Assembly (NCBI RefSeq): GCF_004010195.1
Contig: NC_057738.1
Span: 31,130,793-31,194,792 of the forward strand
Reading direction: 5' to 3'
Length of the DNA stretch: 64,000 bases
Source: Chiloscyllium plagiosum
Lineage: Eukaryota
Numbering within the stretch: the first letter of the stretch is position 1; every line of letters begins with the position of its first letter. The notes beneath the pieces were generated by a model. The model saw only the letters and a list, made by a program, of their open reading frames with translations. It was not told the origin of the DNA and ran no database searches. Below, one piece after another: positions 1-12,300 of the stretch. Made by a program: the position numbers and the translations under genes.

Positions 1-450
1 TCTGACCAATAAAGGAAAGCATACCAGACGCCTTCTTCTCTATCCTATCTACCTGCGACTCCACTTTCAAGGAGCCATGAACCTGCACTCCAAGGTCTCT
101 TTGTTCAGCAACACTCCCTAGGACCTTATCATTAAATGTATAAGTCCTGCTAAGATTTGCTTTCCCAAAATGCATCAACTCGCATTTATCTGAATTAAAC
201 TCCATCTGCCACTTCTCAGCCCATTGGCCCATCTGGTCAAGATCCTGTTGTAATCTGAGGTAACCCTTTTCGCTGTCCACTACACCTTCAATTTTGGTGT
301 CATCTGGAATCTTACTAACTGTACCTCTTATGCTCGCATCCAAATCATTTATGTAAATGACAAAAAGTAAAGGGCCCAGCACCGATCCTTGTGGCACTCC
401 ACTGGTCACAGGCCTCCAGTCTGAAAAGCAACCTTCCACCACCACCCTCT
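1..450 (-). mobile_element. CR1-type LINE fragment (RT region), cut by window edge
   Basis: Minus strand encodes VTSGVPQGSVLGP...DDTK-like CR1 RT motifs; closely similar to the copy at ~27650-28100. Confidence 0.85.
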
Positions 451-1069
451 TAACCTATTAGGTTGTGCTCGGACATACTCTGAAGCAGGGAGGATTTGAA
501 TCCCGGCTTTCTCACCAAGAGGTTGGGACACTAATATTGTACCACAAGAACCAAAAGTCGTTAATCCCATTCTCCTGCCTTTTGATATAACCTTTGATCT
601 CCTGACTAAAACAAGAACCTATCTATCTCTATCTGAAATGAACTCACTAAATTGGCTCCCACAGCCCTCTGTGGCAATGGGTTCCAGATTCACCACCCTT
701 GGGTTGTAAAGGGCTGTCCCTTCGCTCTGAGGCTGTGCCCTCACCAGGTTGTCTCTGGTATTTGTGGAAACATCTTCTCCATGTTCTTTCTCTACCGGCT
801 TCTCAGTATTCTGTAAGTTTACTCATCCTTGTAAACTCTATCCAATACAGATCCAGAGTCCTCAAACACTCCTCACATGACAAGCCCTTCATCCCTGGGA
901 TCATTCTTGTAAACATCCTCTGGAACTCCTCCAATGGCAGCCATCCTTCCTTAGATACAGTGCCTAAAACTGCTCACAAATTTGCAGAGGAAGTGGTGGA
1001 GTCTGACCACAATCTTATACAGCCTGAGAAGTATATCCATACCCCATATTCTCGCCCTGCCTTCCTAAC

Positions 1070-1640
1070 TGCCAAAAGAATCTGTATGTTAACCTCAACA
1101 GAATCCTAAACCAGGACACCTCAGTCCTTTTGTGCTTCAGACTTGCGAAATCTTTCAACATTTGGAAAACAGTCTAGACATATACCCTTCCTACCAAAGC
1201 ACAAATCCCCACACATTCCCACGTTGTATTTCATCTGGCACTTCTTTGTCCACTACCCTACCTGTCCAAGTCCTTCCGCAGCCTCAACACTACCTGTCCA
1301 TTCACTGATTTTTATCATCTACAACATGAGCAAAAATACCCTCAATTATTTTGTCCAGATTGTTAATTATAATGTGAATACATATGATCCTAACACAGAG
1401 CTCTGCAAAATTCCACAAGTCACCAGCTGCTCTCCTGACAAAGATCCTTTTGTCCCCACTCTCTGCTTTCTGCCAGCCAGCCACTCTCCATGCCAGTACT
1501 GTACCCCTAGCACTGTGGGTCTTGTCCTATTTAGCAGCCACCTGTGCACACCTAATCAAAGGCCTTCTGGAAATCCAAATGGATCGTGTCCACTGGCTCT
1601 CTCTTGTTTACTTTGCTTATTACCTACATCTCCAGCCTCA
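1070..1640 (-). mobile_element. Degenerate CR1-type LINE fragment
   Basis: Minus-strand remnant of the GVPQGSVLGP region (GILQSSVLGS in ORF 1367-1549), with frameshifts. Confidence 0.6.
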
Positions 1641-2519
1641 TTTTGCAGTGGTCCAATATCTATGCTTACCCCCAACCCCCGTAATTTTTATATATCTAAT
1701 AAAAACCTCTTGCAGTTTTCTATCTTATGAACTCGTTTATGCTTATATTACATCTTTTCTCCCCTTACCGCTTTACTTGTGATCTGGAGCTTTATTTTAA
1801 CGGCTTCACAATGCACAGGCTTTCCATTAATCTTCAGTACATTGCATACTTTTGCTTTTATACTGTCCTTGACTTCCCTTGTCAACCATAGTAGCCTCAT
1901 CTTCCCTTTAGTACGTTTCTTCCTCCATGGGATAAATTTCTGCTGTGCCTCCCAAATTACCCACAGAAACCCCTGCCAATGTTGCTCCACTGTCTTCCCT
2001 GTTAGGCTGGTCCCACCAACTCTGCTCAGCAACTCCCTCATGTCTTTATAGATATGATTACTCGATTGTCATACTGTTATATCCAGTAAAAGCATGCTCC
2101 TCTAAAACTGAAAAGGCCCTTGAATAACGTGAGACCTGTCCTAGATTCAAATGTGGCATTTTGTGCTCATTCATTCATTACATATCCACAAAAAAAAGTC
2201 AAATTCCAGAACAAAAAGCCAAATGCTTCCACTCAGACCTTGAATCAAGGTAACCTGGCTCAGGTCCAAGGGTGTTAATTTAGTAAGCAGAAAATAAAGA
2301 ACTACAGATATTGGAAATCTCAAACAAGAACAGAAATGACTGGAGAACCTCAGCAGAGACAGCAAATTCACAGCATCTACTTGATGCTCTCAATAAAACC
2401 TCTTTAAGTTTGTTGAACAAATTCCAACATCCAAAGACTTTTAGTTGCCCTGTGTTTTTAAATATCAGTTCTCACTTTAACCTCAGATTGTAAATGACCA
2501 AATGAGGAGAACAACTTAC

Positions 2520-2637
2520 TTACAGTCTCTGCTTCCACCCATTTATTGATCTCCTGCCTTATTTCATTTGCAGCAGTTCGGAAATCAACTGCAGACATCT
2601 TTGCTCCATAGAATTTCATGGAGGACGTAAGGAATTC
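2520..2637 (-). CDS. SERPINB1: SERPINB1-like clade B serpin, coding exon 3 (118 nt)
   Basis: cag|GAA...EFLTSSMKFYGAKMSAVDFRTAANEIRQEINKWVEAETV+A|gtaagt. The 118-nt length and phase-1 end match the equivalent exon of the paralog at 41152-41269. No later exon was found in 1-2519, so the gene continues beyond the window. Confidence 0.9.
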
Positions 2638-3805
2638 CTGCACAATACATAATGGAAAACAGAATTCTACACATTTTGGAAGATTTTGAAGATCTGATTT
2701 AATAATGATCAAATAGTTGACCACCAGGATTGCTAAACATTGGTGTATTGTCTGCACAGCAACATTAAAAGAGATTTGAAGAATGTTTGATGCTGGGATG
2801 TGGCTTTGCTGGATAGGTCAGCATTTATGGCACATCCTCAAATGCCCTTGAGAAGGTGGCAGTGGTGTGTAGAGAAGGTAGTTCCAGAATTTTGATCAAA
2901 TGGCAGTGAAGGAACAGCAAAATAGTTTTAAATTAGGATGGTGTGTGACTTGGTGGGTTACTTACAGATGGTATTGTTTACATGCGTCTGCTGTCCTTGT
3001 CCTTCTAGATAGTCAAAGTCATGGGTTTGGAAGGTGCTGTCAAAGAAATGTTAGTGAATTACTGCAGTACATTTTGTGAATAGTACACACTGCTGTTACC
3101 AAGTATCAGTGGTGAAGGGAGCACCTGAATTGTGTGTTGGGTTTGTGAAGTCTCCAAGCCATGAGAATTTGTATGGAAGTGTTCAAGTTGTCTGAACTGA
3201 AAATAGGGTTAGGCCATCAGAATTGGAAAGAAATTGTAAAACTGTCCCACAAGGAGAATTAGGAAAAATCAGACAAGGAAAGAAATGTAAGCAATGAGGT
3301 GTGAGTAATAATTCTCTTGGATGCCTATCTGAACAGGATACTTCTGGGAGGAAGACTGAAACATTATTTGCTGCTTATGTTGTGTTTCTTAAACTATTTT
3401 ATAAAGCATTGTTTGTTTTTACTTCTTTTGTGTAGTAATATTGTGTTCTTATGTTAGAGTATATTTGTGGCCTCAAGAAAATGTGTTCAGTGACTAACCA
3501 AACCTATAAGAAATTTAAATTTATCACCTCTTAAGCCAGGTTTCATTTTAGGATCTGACTTGTTCAGTATTAACATCAGCTGGGGTCATAATTTAATGCC
3601 AAATGGGATGGTTAGATTTTCTCTTGTTCAAGGTGGGAATTACTTGGCACTTGTATGGTGCCAGTGTTACTTGCCAGATAGCTGGAACTCTGTCTTTGAA
3701 AGGATCGTTGTGAGAATCCACATGCAGCACAACTGGCATGAGTTTTCTAGCCTAGTTCTAGTGAACTGGAAGAATGTGGAAACTGGTGACCAAATCACAA
3801 CTTAC

Positions 3806-3943
3806 CTCTAGGAAGCTATAGGTCTTCTCTCCATATAGTCGATTGGCCACTTTCAACAGATATGCAGCATCAGCTCGGTTAATCTCCGATTGCATTTCCT
3901 GGAATCCAGAGTGGACATTTTGTACTTGATCAAAATGAAGAGT
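3806..3943 (-). CDS. SERPINB1: SERPINB1-like clade B serpin, coding exon 2 (138 nt)
   Basis: Translated by hand (not in the ORF track): TLHFDQVQNVHSGFQEMQSEINRADAAYLLKVANRLYGEKTYSFLE, flanked by ag/gtaag; serpin ANRLYGEK motif. Confidence 0.92.
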
Positions 3944-4014
3944 CTGTTATGAGAATAAATGCAGAAAATAAACATTACACAGGGAATTGAGGAAGAAGCT
4001 ACGAGTTATTATCA

Positions 4015-4313
4015 CCTAGTGGTTAGCATTGCTGCCTCACAGTGCCAGAGATCCGGGTTCAATTCCCGCCTCAGGCAACTGTCTGTGTGGAGTTTGCACA
4101 TTCTCCCCGTGACTGTGTGGGTTTGCTCCAGTTTCCTCCCACAGTCCAAAAATGTGCAGGTTAGGTGAATTGGCCATGCTAAATTGCCCGTAGTGTTAGG
4201 TGAAGGGGTAAATGTAGGGGAATGGGTCTGGGTGGGTTGCTCTTCAGAGGGTCGGAGTGGACTTGTTGGGCCGAAGGGTCTGTTCCCACACTGTAAGTAA
4301 TCTAATCTAATCT
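4015..4313 (+). mobile_element. tRNA-derived HE1/V-SINE-type SINE
   Basis: Partial A box (agtggttagca), B box (gggttcaattccc), central ctgtgtggagtttgcacattctcccc domain and (taatc)n tail. Confidence 0.85.
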
Positions 4314-4329
4314 AAAATTTTTAAGCCCA

Positions 4330-4590
4330 GTTAGAACAGGAGTGAGGAGGAACTTCTTCTCTCGGGGATAGTAAATCTTGGGAATTCTTTACTGCAGAGG
4401 GTGTAGAGGTCATTAAGAATATTCAATGCTGAGATTGACAGATTTTTAATCATTAAGAGAATCTAGGGTTATGAGAATGAGGATTGAAAGTGGAGTTTAG
4501 GATTATCAGATCAGCCATGATCCCATTAAATGGCATAACAGACGCTATGGACTGAATGGCCTACTTCTGCTCCTATGTCTTATGGTCGTT
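4330..4590 (+). mobile_element. CR1-type LINE 3' end
   Basis: Typical 3' terminus ...gaatggcctacttctgctcctatgtcttatgg, also seen at ~14040-14270 and ~54165-54375. Confidence 0.65.
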
Positions 4591-5015
4591 CAATCTCTTT
4601 CTGCCATTTTGGTTCCTGCTGGTTTCCTTCACACATTTCCTGCAGGCATTTATTCTGTGCTGTAATAGTATTCTGCACTTGCTGATCACCCTCCAGTAAT
4701 ACCTAAAGAAGCCATTCTACAGGTCTAAGGTGAGAGATCATTTGACAGTCACTTATTCAATCAGGAGCAAGTCATTTAAGAAACAATCCTGCTCAGAGTC
4801 AACTTCCACATATTCAGAGCATAAGAGGTCAATGAGTAGTGATTAGAAGCAGGAATTCTGGTTGATTCTTGCATCCAGAACAATGAAGATTCCACTTAGA
4901 TCAGCTAACAGCATCAGCTAAGAATTGAATCTCTGACTCTGTTAGGTTCTGCTCCTCACTTCCTGCTCTAACCTACTGAATTTATCAAGAGAACACAGAC
5001 TTATTTCATACATAC

Positions 5016-5183
5016 TTTTGCCATCTGAGATGCCGTGTTATTCTTTGCTCCAAGGTAAACCATGGCCAATGCAACAGAGATGCTGAATGGAGAAAAAAAG
5101 ATGTTGCCATCTTGATTGCTTTCAATCAGCTTTCTGAATAGGTCAAGAGTGAAAAGGCAATTTGCTTTTCTTAGCTCCTCCAT
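5016..5183 (-). CDS. SERPINB1: SERPINB1-like (leukocyte elastase inhibitor-like) first coding exon (168 nt)
   Basis: [19 protein letters not shown]...[30 protein letters not shown]|gtatgt; acceptor ttctttgcag before 5194; no signal peptide. The B1 assignment rests on recalled similarity because the reactive loop lies outside the window. Confidence 0.88.
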
Positions 5184-5470
5184 GGTGTTTTACACTGCAA
5201 AGAAAATAAATATAAAACACAGATGCTCAGTATAACAAGATTCTCAAGAAGGTTAATGAATTACCAAGTTTTGAAACAAAGGAAAGAACTAGCTTCAAAG
5301 AAATCACAAGCTGGGCGTTAGCAGTGAAATGTTTACAACTTTGCAGTAAAACTGGACAGGCTTTTATTCTTCATATGACTAAGATGACGTTGCTGAGGTA
5401 ACCTTGATCAATTGATGAATGCTTGAGACAAAGACATTTGTCTTCATTGCATTCATATTGGAAAACAAGT

Positions 5471-6008
5471 TCAAAGTTTGTGAGAAGATTTGTAGCTCGG
5501 GTGCTCGTTGTTGTGGTTCTGTTCGCCGAGCTGGGAATTTGTGTTGCAGACATTTCACCCCCTGTCTAGGTGATATCCTCAGTGCTTGGGAGCCTCCTGT
5601 GAAGCGCTTCTGTGATCTTTCCTCCGGCATTTGTAGTGGTTTGAATCTGCCGCTTCCGGTTGTCAGTTCCAGCTGTCTGCTGCAGTGGTCGGTATATTGG
5701 GTCCAAGTCGATGTGCTCATCCACAGATTCAATCAATAAGCACATCGACTTGGACCCAATATACCGATCACTGCAGCGGACAGCTGGAACTGACAACCGG
5801 AAGCGGCAGATGAGCACATCGACTTGGACCCAATATACCGACCACTGCAGCGGACAGCTGGAACTGACAACCAGAAGCGGCAGATACAAATCACTATAAA
5901 TGCCGGAGGAAACATCACAGAAGCACTTCACAGGAGGCTCCCAAGCACTGAGGATGTCACCTAGACAGGGGACGAAATGTCTGCAACACAAATTCCCAGC
6001 GCGGCGAA
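5471..6008. mobile_element. Fold-back Penelope-like non-autonomous element with two hammerhead motifs
   Basis: 12-bp TSD tggaaaacaagt (5459-5470, 6009-6020); arms of ~200 bp in inverted orientation; internal ~75-bp tandem duplication; hammerhead cores at 5546-5585 (-) and 5945-5984 (+). Confidence 0.8.
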
Positions 6009-7790
6009 TGGAAAACAAGTATTTAAATCAACATTGTACTTCCCAGTCAGCTGACGTAAATTGCTTAACTTTAAGTGAAGCAGATGATGTGCCACTGCAA
6101 TAATTGGAAACATTTGTGAAAGAAAAAGAAGCGTTGAGGCCCAAATGCAGATTCTTGGAGATAGAAGTGGTAAATAGCCCATTACATGTGGTTAAAACTC
6201 AATGTTAAAGGCATTATACGCCATGTTCCTATCATGAAAGAGATGCAGGCCTCACCCATTTTTTTTCTCATAATGTACTTTAAAATAAAAAATATTTTCC
6301 AAAATAAATAATATTCCTCACAGATTTCTCTATAGCAGCTATGAATCCTCAACTAGCATTCATCAGCAAATTGTGAAAGGTCAAATGCACACATGACAGC
6401 TTTCTTCTACACTTTGCTCTTCCACCACAGACCACACAGACATGGATCATTGTCACAAGATACATCTACGCCATAAAACAATGCAGAAAGATTACCTAAT
6501 CAAAGTTAGGAAAATTATTAAGGCATTGCAACAGAAGTGATTGTTCAGCCCCCTCAGCCTGTTACGCTATTCAATCAGATTATGTCTTATCTTTTGACAT
6601 TAAGCCATTGATTTTAATTTCTTTGAGTAGTTTATTAATCTGCACTCATGAATCAAGTTACTGAGCATGCAATATCACCCAAGAAGATTCAACTTTATTA
6701 TATTGTGTTCCATTGTCCATCATCAACACTTCAGTCAATGATCAGCCATTGTTATTCATGTTTCAAAATTTGTCTCTTCTGAACAGCTAATAAAGGAAGC
6801 CTTTGAAAATGCTGGAATTCTGTTTTTTTATGACTGATGTGTTATCTTGAAGTTCAGGGTGTTGACATAATAGGAGCAGAAGCAATACAGTATTGCTGTT
6901 TTAGCCAATCTTTAATCCCATGTTGCAATAAGTCATTCAGCTCATAAAGCTTGTGTCAACAATTCTCCTTAGTTTCACAGAAGAACCCACAAAATGAGAT
7001 CATTTTGCAATTGATCATCCACTGATAGGTTCAATGAGTTTCCAACATTACCTTCAAATATTTGCTCAAGGAAACCCCTGTTCTTATATAAGAAGATACA
7101 TTGACAAATAACAAGATTGTTCCAGATGAAGAAACTCTTTTGATCCTTATTTATTCATTCATCCATAAATATCCTAAAGTTTCCCATTACAGTTTTTAAA
7201 TCTTAAATGCAACCCCAAGTTTTCACATGCACTACTTCACCTGGAAATTTATACTGACCGTTGATTGACCATTTCTAATTCCCTTGTTATCTGACTTGTA
7301 GCTATTTCTATACCATTCACAAAACACCTATGTTCGTCATTTTTGCAGAGGGTTGTATAGCACAGAAACCCTATTAGGCCCATGCACGTTCCACACAGGT
7401 TACCTCCCATCTTAATTCCCCCTGCGGTATCAACACAGCTTCCTCTTCCCTTCTTCCTCGCTTCATGGTCTGGCTTCCCTGTAAATGCATCTGTGCTGTT
7501 TTTCATGACCACTCCATGTGGCCACACGTTTCATATTCTCACCACACTTAGTAAAGAACTTCTGCCTGATTTATTATTTCCCATTTACAGCACCCTGATT
7601 ATGAGCTCCCCTGCAAGTGGAACCAACCCAAACACTTTCAGAATTTGAAATATCTCTCTTCTGTAACCTCTCTACCCTTATTTCTAGGGAATAGTCATCC
7701 CTTATAGTTACACCTTCAAAGTTTGGGAGAAGATTTGTAGCTCGGCTGCTCGTTGTTGTGGTTCTGTTCGCCGAGCTGGAAATTTTTGTT

Positions 7791-7830
7791 GCAAACGTTT
7801 CGTCCCCTGTCTAGGTGACATCCTCAGTGC
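7791..7830 (-). ncRNA. Minimal type I hammerhead ribozyme motif
   Basis: Reverse complement GCA-CTGAGGA-tGTCaCC-tagaca-GGgGAC-GAAAC-GTT-TGC: stem I GCA/TGC, conserved core, stem II, palindromic ACGT in place of stem III. Confidence 0.72.
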
Positions 7831-8108
7831 TTGGGAGCCTCCTGTGAACTCACCAGAACGAAAGACCCGATACCCAGCATGAGCAAAACTAATGTAGTGT
7901 ACAAAATCCCAAGCCAAACAAAGAACAGCCAGGGAACTCCTAAAAGCATGGTACTCATCCACAAACTCCATCAACAAACACCTCGACCTGGACCCAATAT
8001 ACCGGCCACTACAGCGGACAGCTGAAACTGACAACCGGAAGCGGCAGGGACAGGCCACTATAAATGCTGGAGGAAACACCACAGAAGGGCTTCACAGGAG
8101 GCTCCCAA

Positions 8109-8148
8109 GCACTGAGGATGTTACCTAGACAGGGGACGAAACGTTTGC
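8109..8148 (+). ncRNA. Minimal type I hammerhead ribozyme motif
   Basis: gca-ctgagga-tgttacctagacaggggac-gaaac-gtt-tgc. Confidence 0.7.
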
Positions 8149-8322
8149 AACAAAAATTTCCAGCTCGGCGAACAGTTACACCTTCTGTTGTGGTACCACT
8201 CCTGTAACCTAGCTTTTACATTTTCTAAAGGGCTTTCAGGTCCATTGAAACATGTGGACCAGAACAGTGCACAATTCTTTAAGTATGATTTCACCAATTT
8301 CTATAAATATTTATACTGTGTT

Positions 8323-8495
8323 AAAAATCACACAACACCAGGTTATAGTTCAACTGCCGTTGACAACCACCTGATGAAGGAGCGTCCCTCCGAAAGCTAG
8401 TGTGCTTCCAATTAAACCTGTTGGACTATTACCTGGTGTTGTGTGATTTTTGACTTTGTCCACCCCAGTCCAACACAGGCATCTCCAAATCATAG
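8323..8495 (+). mobile_element. Mini Penelope-type insert with hammerhead (second family)
   Basis: 12-bp TSD ttatactgtgtt (8311-8322, 8496-8507); short inverted 5' segment; cac-CTGATGA-aGGAG-cgtcc-CTCC-GAAA-GCTA-gtg at 8368-8402. Confidence 0.75.
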
Positions 8496-8964
8496 TTATA
8501 CTGTGTTTTGAATTATATTGCATCTGTTTCTTCCTACCTTTCAATTTCATTAGAAATTACTTTGACAATTTACTCTGAATTCCCAGAATACTGAATTCAA
8601 CTCAGAAGTTTGCAGGTGGAATTTTTTCAAGTGTCTCTTGAATTCCAGGTAAACTAGACCATATTGCTGTCAGCTCTGTATTTGGGTTGTTGCTGCTACC
8701 AAGGGGTGAGCATAGTAAAATGTGATCATTTCTTTTGTATTGTGTACTGTTCATTTGCTTGTAGAAAGATCCCCAAATGTACTTTTGCAGTGTGAACAGA
8801 GATTTATTTTCCTCTGTCTATTTTATCCACGTTTTTGAACATGACCCCTAAACTGATCTGCTTCTAACCTACCCATGTCTCTCCAATGTCCAGCAACTCC
8901 TTCATAAATCTTTACTGTCTCAAAATTTCCATCTTAGACTCTCTCTTCATTTTGGGAAAAGAAT

Positions 8965-9180
8965 GAAATCCCTACAGTACAGAGCAGGGCCATTTTGCCC
9001 ATCAGGTCCACTCAGACTCTGAAGATCATTGCTCCCAATCCCAGCCCCACAGCCTAACCTGCACATCTGTAGACTCTGGTAAGAAACTAGAACACTCGGC
9101 AGAAACCCATGCAGACACCAAGAGTCCACACAGTCACACAAGGCTGGAAACCAGCCCGGATCCCTGGTGCCGTTAGGTTG
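8965..9180 (-). mobile_element. Degenerate HE1/V-SINE-type SINE
   Basis: Diverged reverse-complement match to the SINE at 4015-4313. Confidence 0.55.
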
Positions 9181-10471
9181 CCGATACCATGTGGATTCCT
9201 TGTCATTTATTTATTGAGAGGTTGTTTGTAGAAAATAAAGCAGTGGATTTCAGGTTATTTGTACAAACATGTTTATGAGATTTACTTTGATTCATTTGCT
9301 CCAGTGTGTTTCTCAAGATCTTCCCACTTGCTGGATGTTATCACAGAATCTGGCGAATCCATGGCTTTGCTTTAGGAATTATATGTCTCCTCCAACAGCC
9401 CAATTACTGTAATAAACTGGGACTATCAGGCAGTGCTGCTGCTGTTTCTCTCTGGGCTGAGATGTCAGTCACCGAGCCTGACAACTGCCCTGCAGCCATT
9501 TTGTGCTGGGAGCAGAGCTAATGTCCTCAGGGTTAGACCCCTCCCCATTGTGGAGCAGAGGGGTGTAACAGGTAGAAAGTGATGGCTCAGAGATCTGCTG
9601 CTCAGTCTCTTTGTCCCTCTGCTGACTGGTTTCTGAAACTAACTTATGGTCAAGGCACCAGCCATTCTGTGTGTCTGCTCTTGACGAGTTGAATTATCCA
9701 TGTTAAACTCACTGGACTCCCTTTTGCACACTGTAAGTAATATCTTTGCTTATCCACTGTTTTAAACATAAAAACTTTGAATGAAAACCTTACCTCCAGG
9801 AGTGGTTGAGATGTTGACCAGAGGCTGCATCTATCTTCTCATGTGGATGTTATCATATTGTATATTTTATACCTATCCCTTATTTTTGTTATTGTCTTGT
9901 TTGAATTGCTATATTTATATATATTATCACTATTTCTTATTCTTGCCATTTTCAAGTAGAGTAGGAATTTCTTCCTGGACCCCCAGTCAATGTTTATTCC
10001 TCACTATCATCACTGAAGCATTGGTCATTTGCTTCATTTCTGATTATGGGATCTTGCTGTGCACAAATTGGCTTCTAACCATAACAGTGACTACACTTCA
10101 AAGCCTATTGTTGGCTGTCAAGCACTTTGTATCAGTCCAAGAATGTGAAAAGTGCTATATAAATGAAACTTCTTTCTCTCTATCAATTAAAGATTCTCGT
10201 TGGAATTCCTCAAAATCTTCACATGGTTAAAAAAAAAGCAAAGCAGCATTTATTTACCTTTGCATTTCCTCCACTCAAAATGCCTACATGTCACTAATAC
10301 TGACAACTTTCTTCAGACGTAAGTGTGAATCTCTCAATTTTTAGTACCCTATGGTGATGATAGCTCTCAGCTCAATCAGGCTAGTGACTAATTATCACAT
10401 TGCTGTTTGAGTGATCTTCCTGTGACCATATCAGCTTCTTTGTTTCCTACATTACAACACTTCAGTTCAAA

Positions 10472-10683
10472 TTTTAGGGTTCAGAGTGTGTTGCTGGAGA
10501 AGCACAGCAGGTCAGGCAGCAGCTGAGGAGCAGGAAAATCAACGTTTTGGTCCGGAGCCCTTCATCCGGCACAAAACGTCGATTTTCCTGCTCCTCTGAT
10601 GCTGCCTGACCTGCTGCGCTTTTCCAGCAACACACTCTGTACTCTGATCTCCAGCATCCGCAGATCTCACTGTCTCCTAGTTG
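10472..10683. mobile_element. Mini fold-back Penelope-type insert (third family)
   Basis: Inverted arms (gagtgtgttgctgg.../...ccagcaacacactc); TSD acttca(g/c)ttcaaa at 10459-10471 and 10684-10696; damaged hammerhead core at the centre. Confidence 0.7.
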
Positions 10684-11109
10684 ACTTCACTTCAAAAGCT
10701 ATTCCTCGGCTGCAGCGTACTTTGTTACATTCCAGACCCACAAGATCGGAATGGTGGGGAGTTCTCATAGAAACCTATAAATTTCTAACAGGGTTGATGC
10801 AGGAGGGAGTTCCCAAAGACTGGGGAGTCTGCAACGACGGTCACAGTTGAAGGTTACAGGACAGGACAGTTCAGACTGAGAGGAGGAGGAATTGCTTCAC
10901 GCAGACAGTGGTGAACCTGTGGAATTCTCTGCCACAGAAAGCAGTTGAGACCAAAATATCCAATGTTTCCAAGAAGGAGTTTGGCATGATTTTGAGGGCT
11001 AAAGGGATCAAACGGTATGGGATAAAAGCATGAATAGGGTATGGAGTTGTATGATCAAACATGATCAGATTGATTTGGTTCAAAGAACCGAATGGCTATT
11101 TCTACTATT

Positions 11110-11950
11110 TTTTACAGGGTCATACAGAGTTGTACAGCACGGAAACAGACTCTATTCCAACTCATCCATGCCAACTAGATATCCTAAATAGATTTAGCTC
11201 CGTTTACCAGCACTTGGCCCATTTCCCTTTAAACCCTTCCTAATCATATCACCATCCAGATGCATTTTCAAAGTTGTAACTGTACCCATCTCCACCACTT
11301 CCTCTGGCAGTTCATTCCATACATGTTCTACACTCTGAGTGAAAAAGCTGCCCCTTAAGTCCCAAATAAATCTTTCCTCTCTCACCATAAATGTACGCTC
11401 ACTAGTTTTGGGCTCTCCTAACCTGGGTAAAAGACCTTGGCTCTTCACCCTGTCCATGCCACTCATGTTTTTGTAAACTTCAATAAGCCTCTGATGCTCT
11501 AGGGAAAACAGCCCCAGCCTATTCAGCCTCTCGCTATAGCTCAAACCCTCCAACCCTGGTAACATCCTTGTAAATCTTTTCTGAACACTATCAAGTTTTG
11601 CAACATCCTTCCCATAGTAAGGAGGCCAGAATTACATGCAGTGTTCCAGAATTGGCCTAACCAACGTCCTGTACAGCCACAACATGACCTCCCAACTCCT
11701 TTACTCAATGCACTGACTAATAAAGGCAAGTGTACATAACACCTTCACCAAGCTGTCTTCTTGCAACTTCACTTTCCATGAAATATTACCCTGCACACCA
11801 ACGTCTCTTTGTTCATTGACAATCCCCTGGACTTTACCATTAAGTGCGTGAGTCCTGCCCTGATTTCCCTTCCCAAAATGCAGTCCCACAAATTTATCTA
11901 AATTAAACTCCATCTACAAGTCCTTGGCCCACATGCCCATCTGATTAAAA
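11110..11950 (-). mobile_element. CR1-type LINE 3' part
   Basis: ORFs 11194-11565 (LSYSERLNRLGLFSLE...WNELPEEVV) and 11701-11913 (MEFNLDK..LHFGK) are CR1 ORF2 C-terminal motifs. Confidence 0.88.
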
Positions 11951-12219
11951 TCAGCATGTTCCCCCTCAGGTTTGCTTTTGTTTGTTCACTTCATCATTGG
12001 AGATAGGAAATGAATAACTCCGCAGCAATTCCCAAACTGGCATTACGTTGTTTTTTTTTCCCTATGGGCTTATGTTTGTTCTCAGTATAAGAGAATACGG
12101 CAGATCGAACATCAGTCACGTGTCTCTCTCACACTGATTAGGATCGAACAAAGGTCTCCATCACTGACAGGGAGATGTGGGAACATTGAGGGACCAGAGG
12201 GAGATAGAAAGACCCTTAC

Positions 12220-12300
12220 CTGATCTGCCGGGGTCTTTCAGTAGACACCACTTCTTTGCGTCTTCTGCGCAATCTGCCTGTGGCGTGGTATTTTATCCTG
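12220..12300 (-). promoter_or_regulatory. Candidate non-coding first exon and core promoter of the SERPINB1-like gene
   Basis: Strong donor CAG|GTAAGG at 12220/12219 in non-repeat sequence; TATA-like GATAAAA at 12291-12297; a non-coding exon 1 is expected because the ATG exon starts with an acceptor. Confidence 0.4.

Larger units (their letters stand above)
7718..8173. mobile_element. Fold-back Penelope-like element, same family as 5471-6008
   Basis: 12-bp TSD agttacaccttc (7706-7717, 8174-8185); GIY-YIG N-terminal remnant RTKDPIPSMSKTNVVYKIP; inverted terminal segments with hammerhead cores. Confidence 0.82.

Noticed and set aside
699-1782. Long plus-strand ORFs (136, 195 and 132 aa)
   Set aside because: Antisense frames of degenerate CR1 fragments; no recognisable protein.
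3130-3592. Possible solo LTR in a serpin intron
   Set aside because: TG...CA termini and a TSD could not be established by eye.
4015-4090. tRNA-like A/B boxes here and in other SINE heads
   Set aside because: They are SINE 5' domains continuing into SINE body and tail, not tRNA genes.
5379-6103. Cluster of overlapping ORFs on both strands with repeated peptides; CRISPR-like appearance
   Set aside because: Explained by the inverted and tandem repeat structure of the Penelope-type insert; no unique spacers; eukaryotic context.
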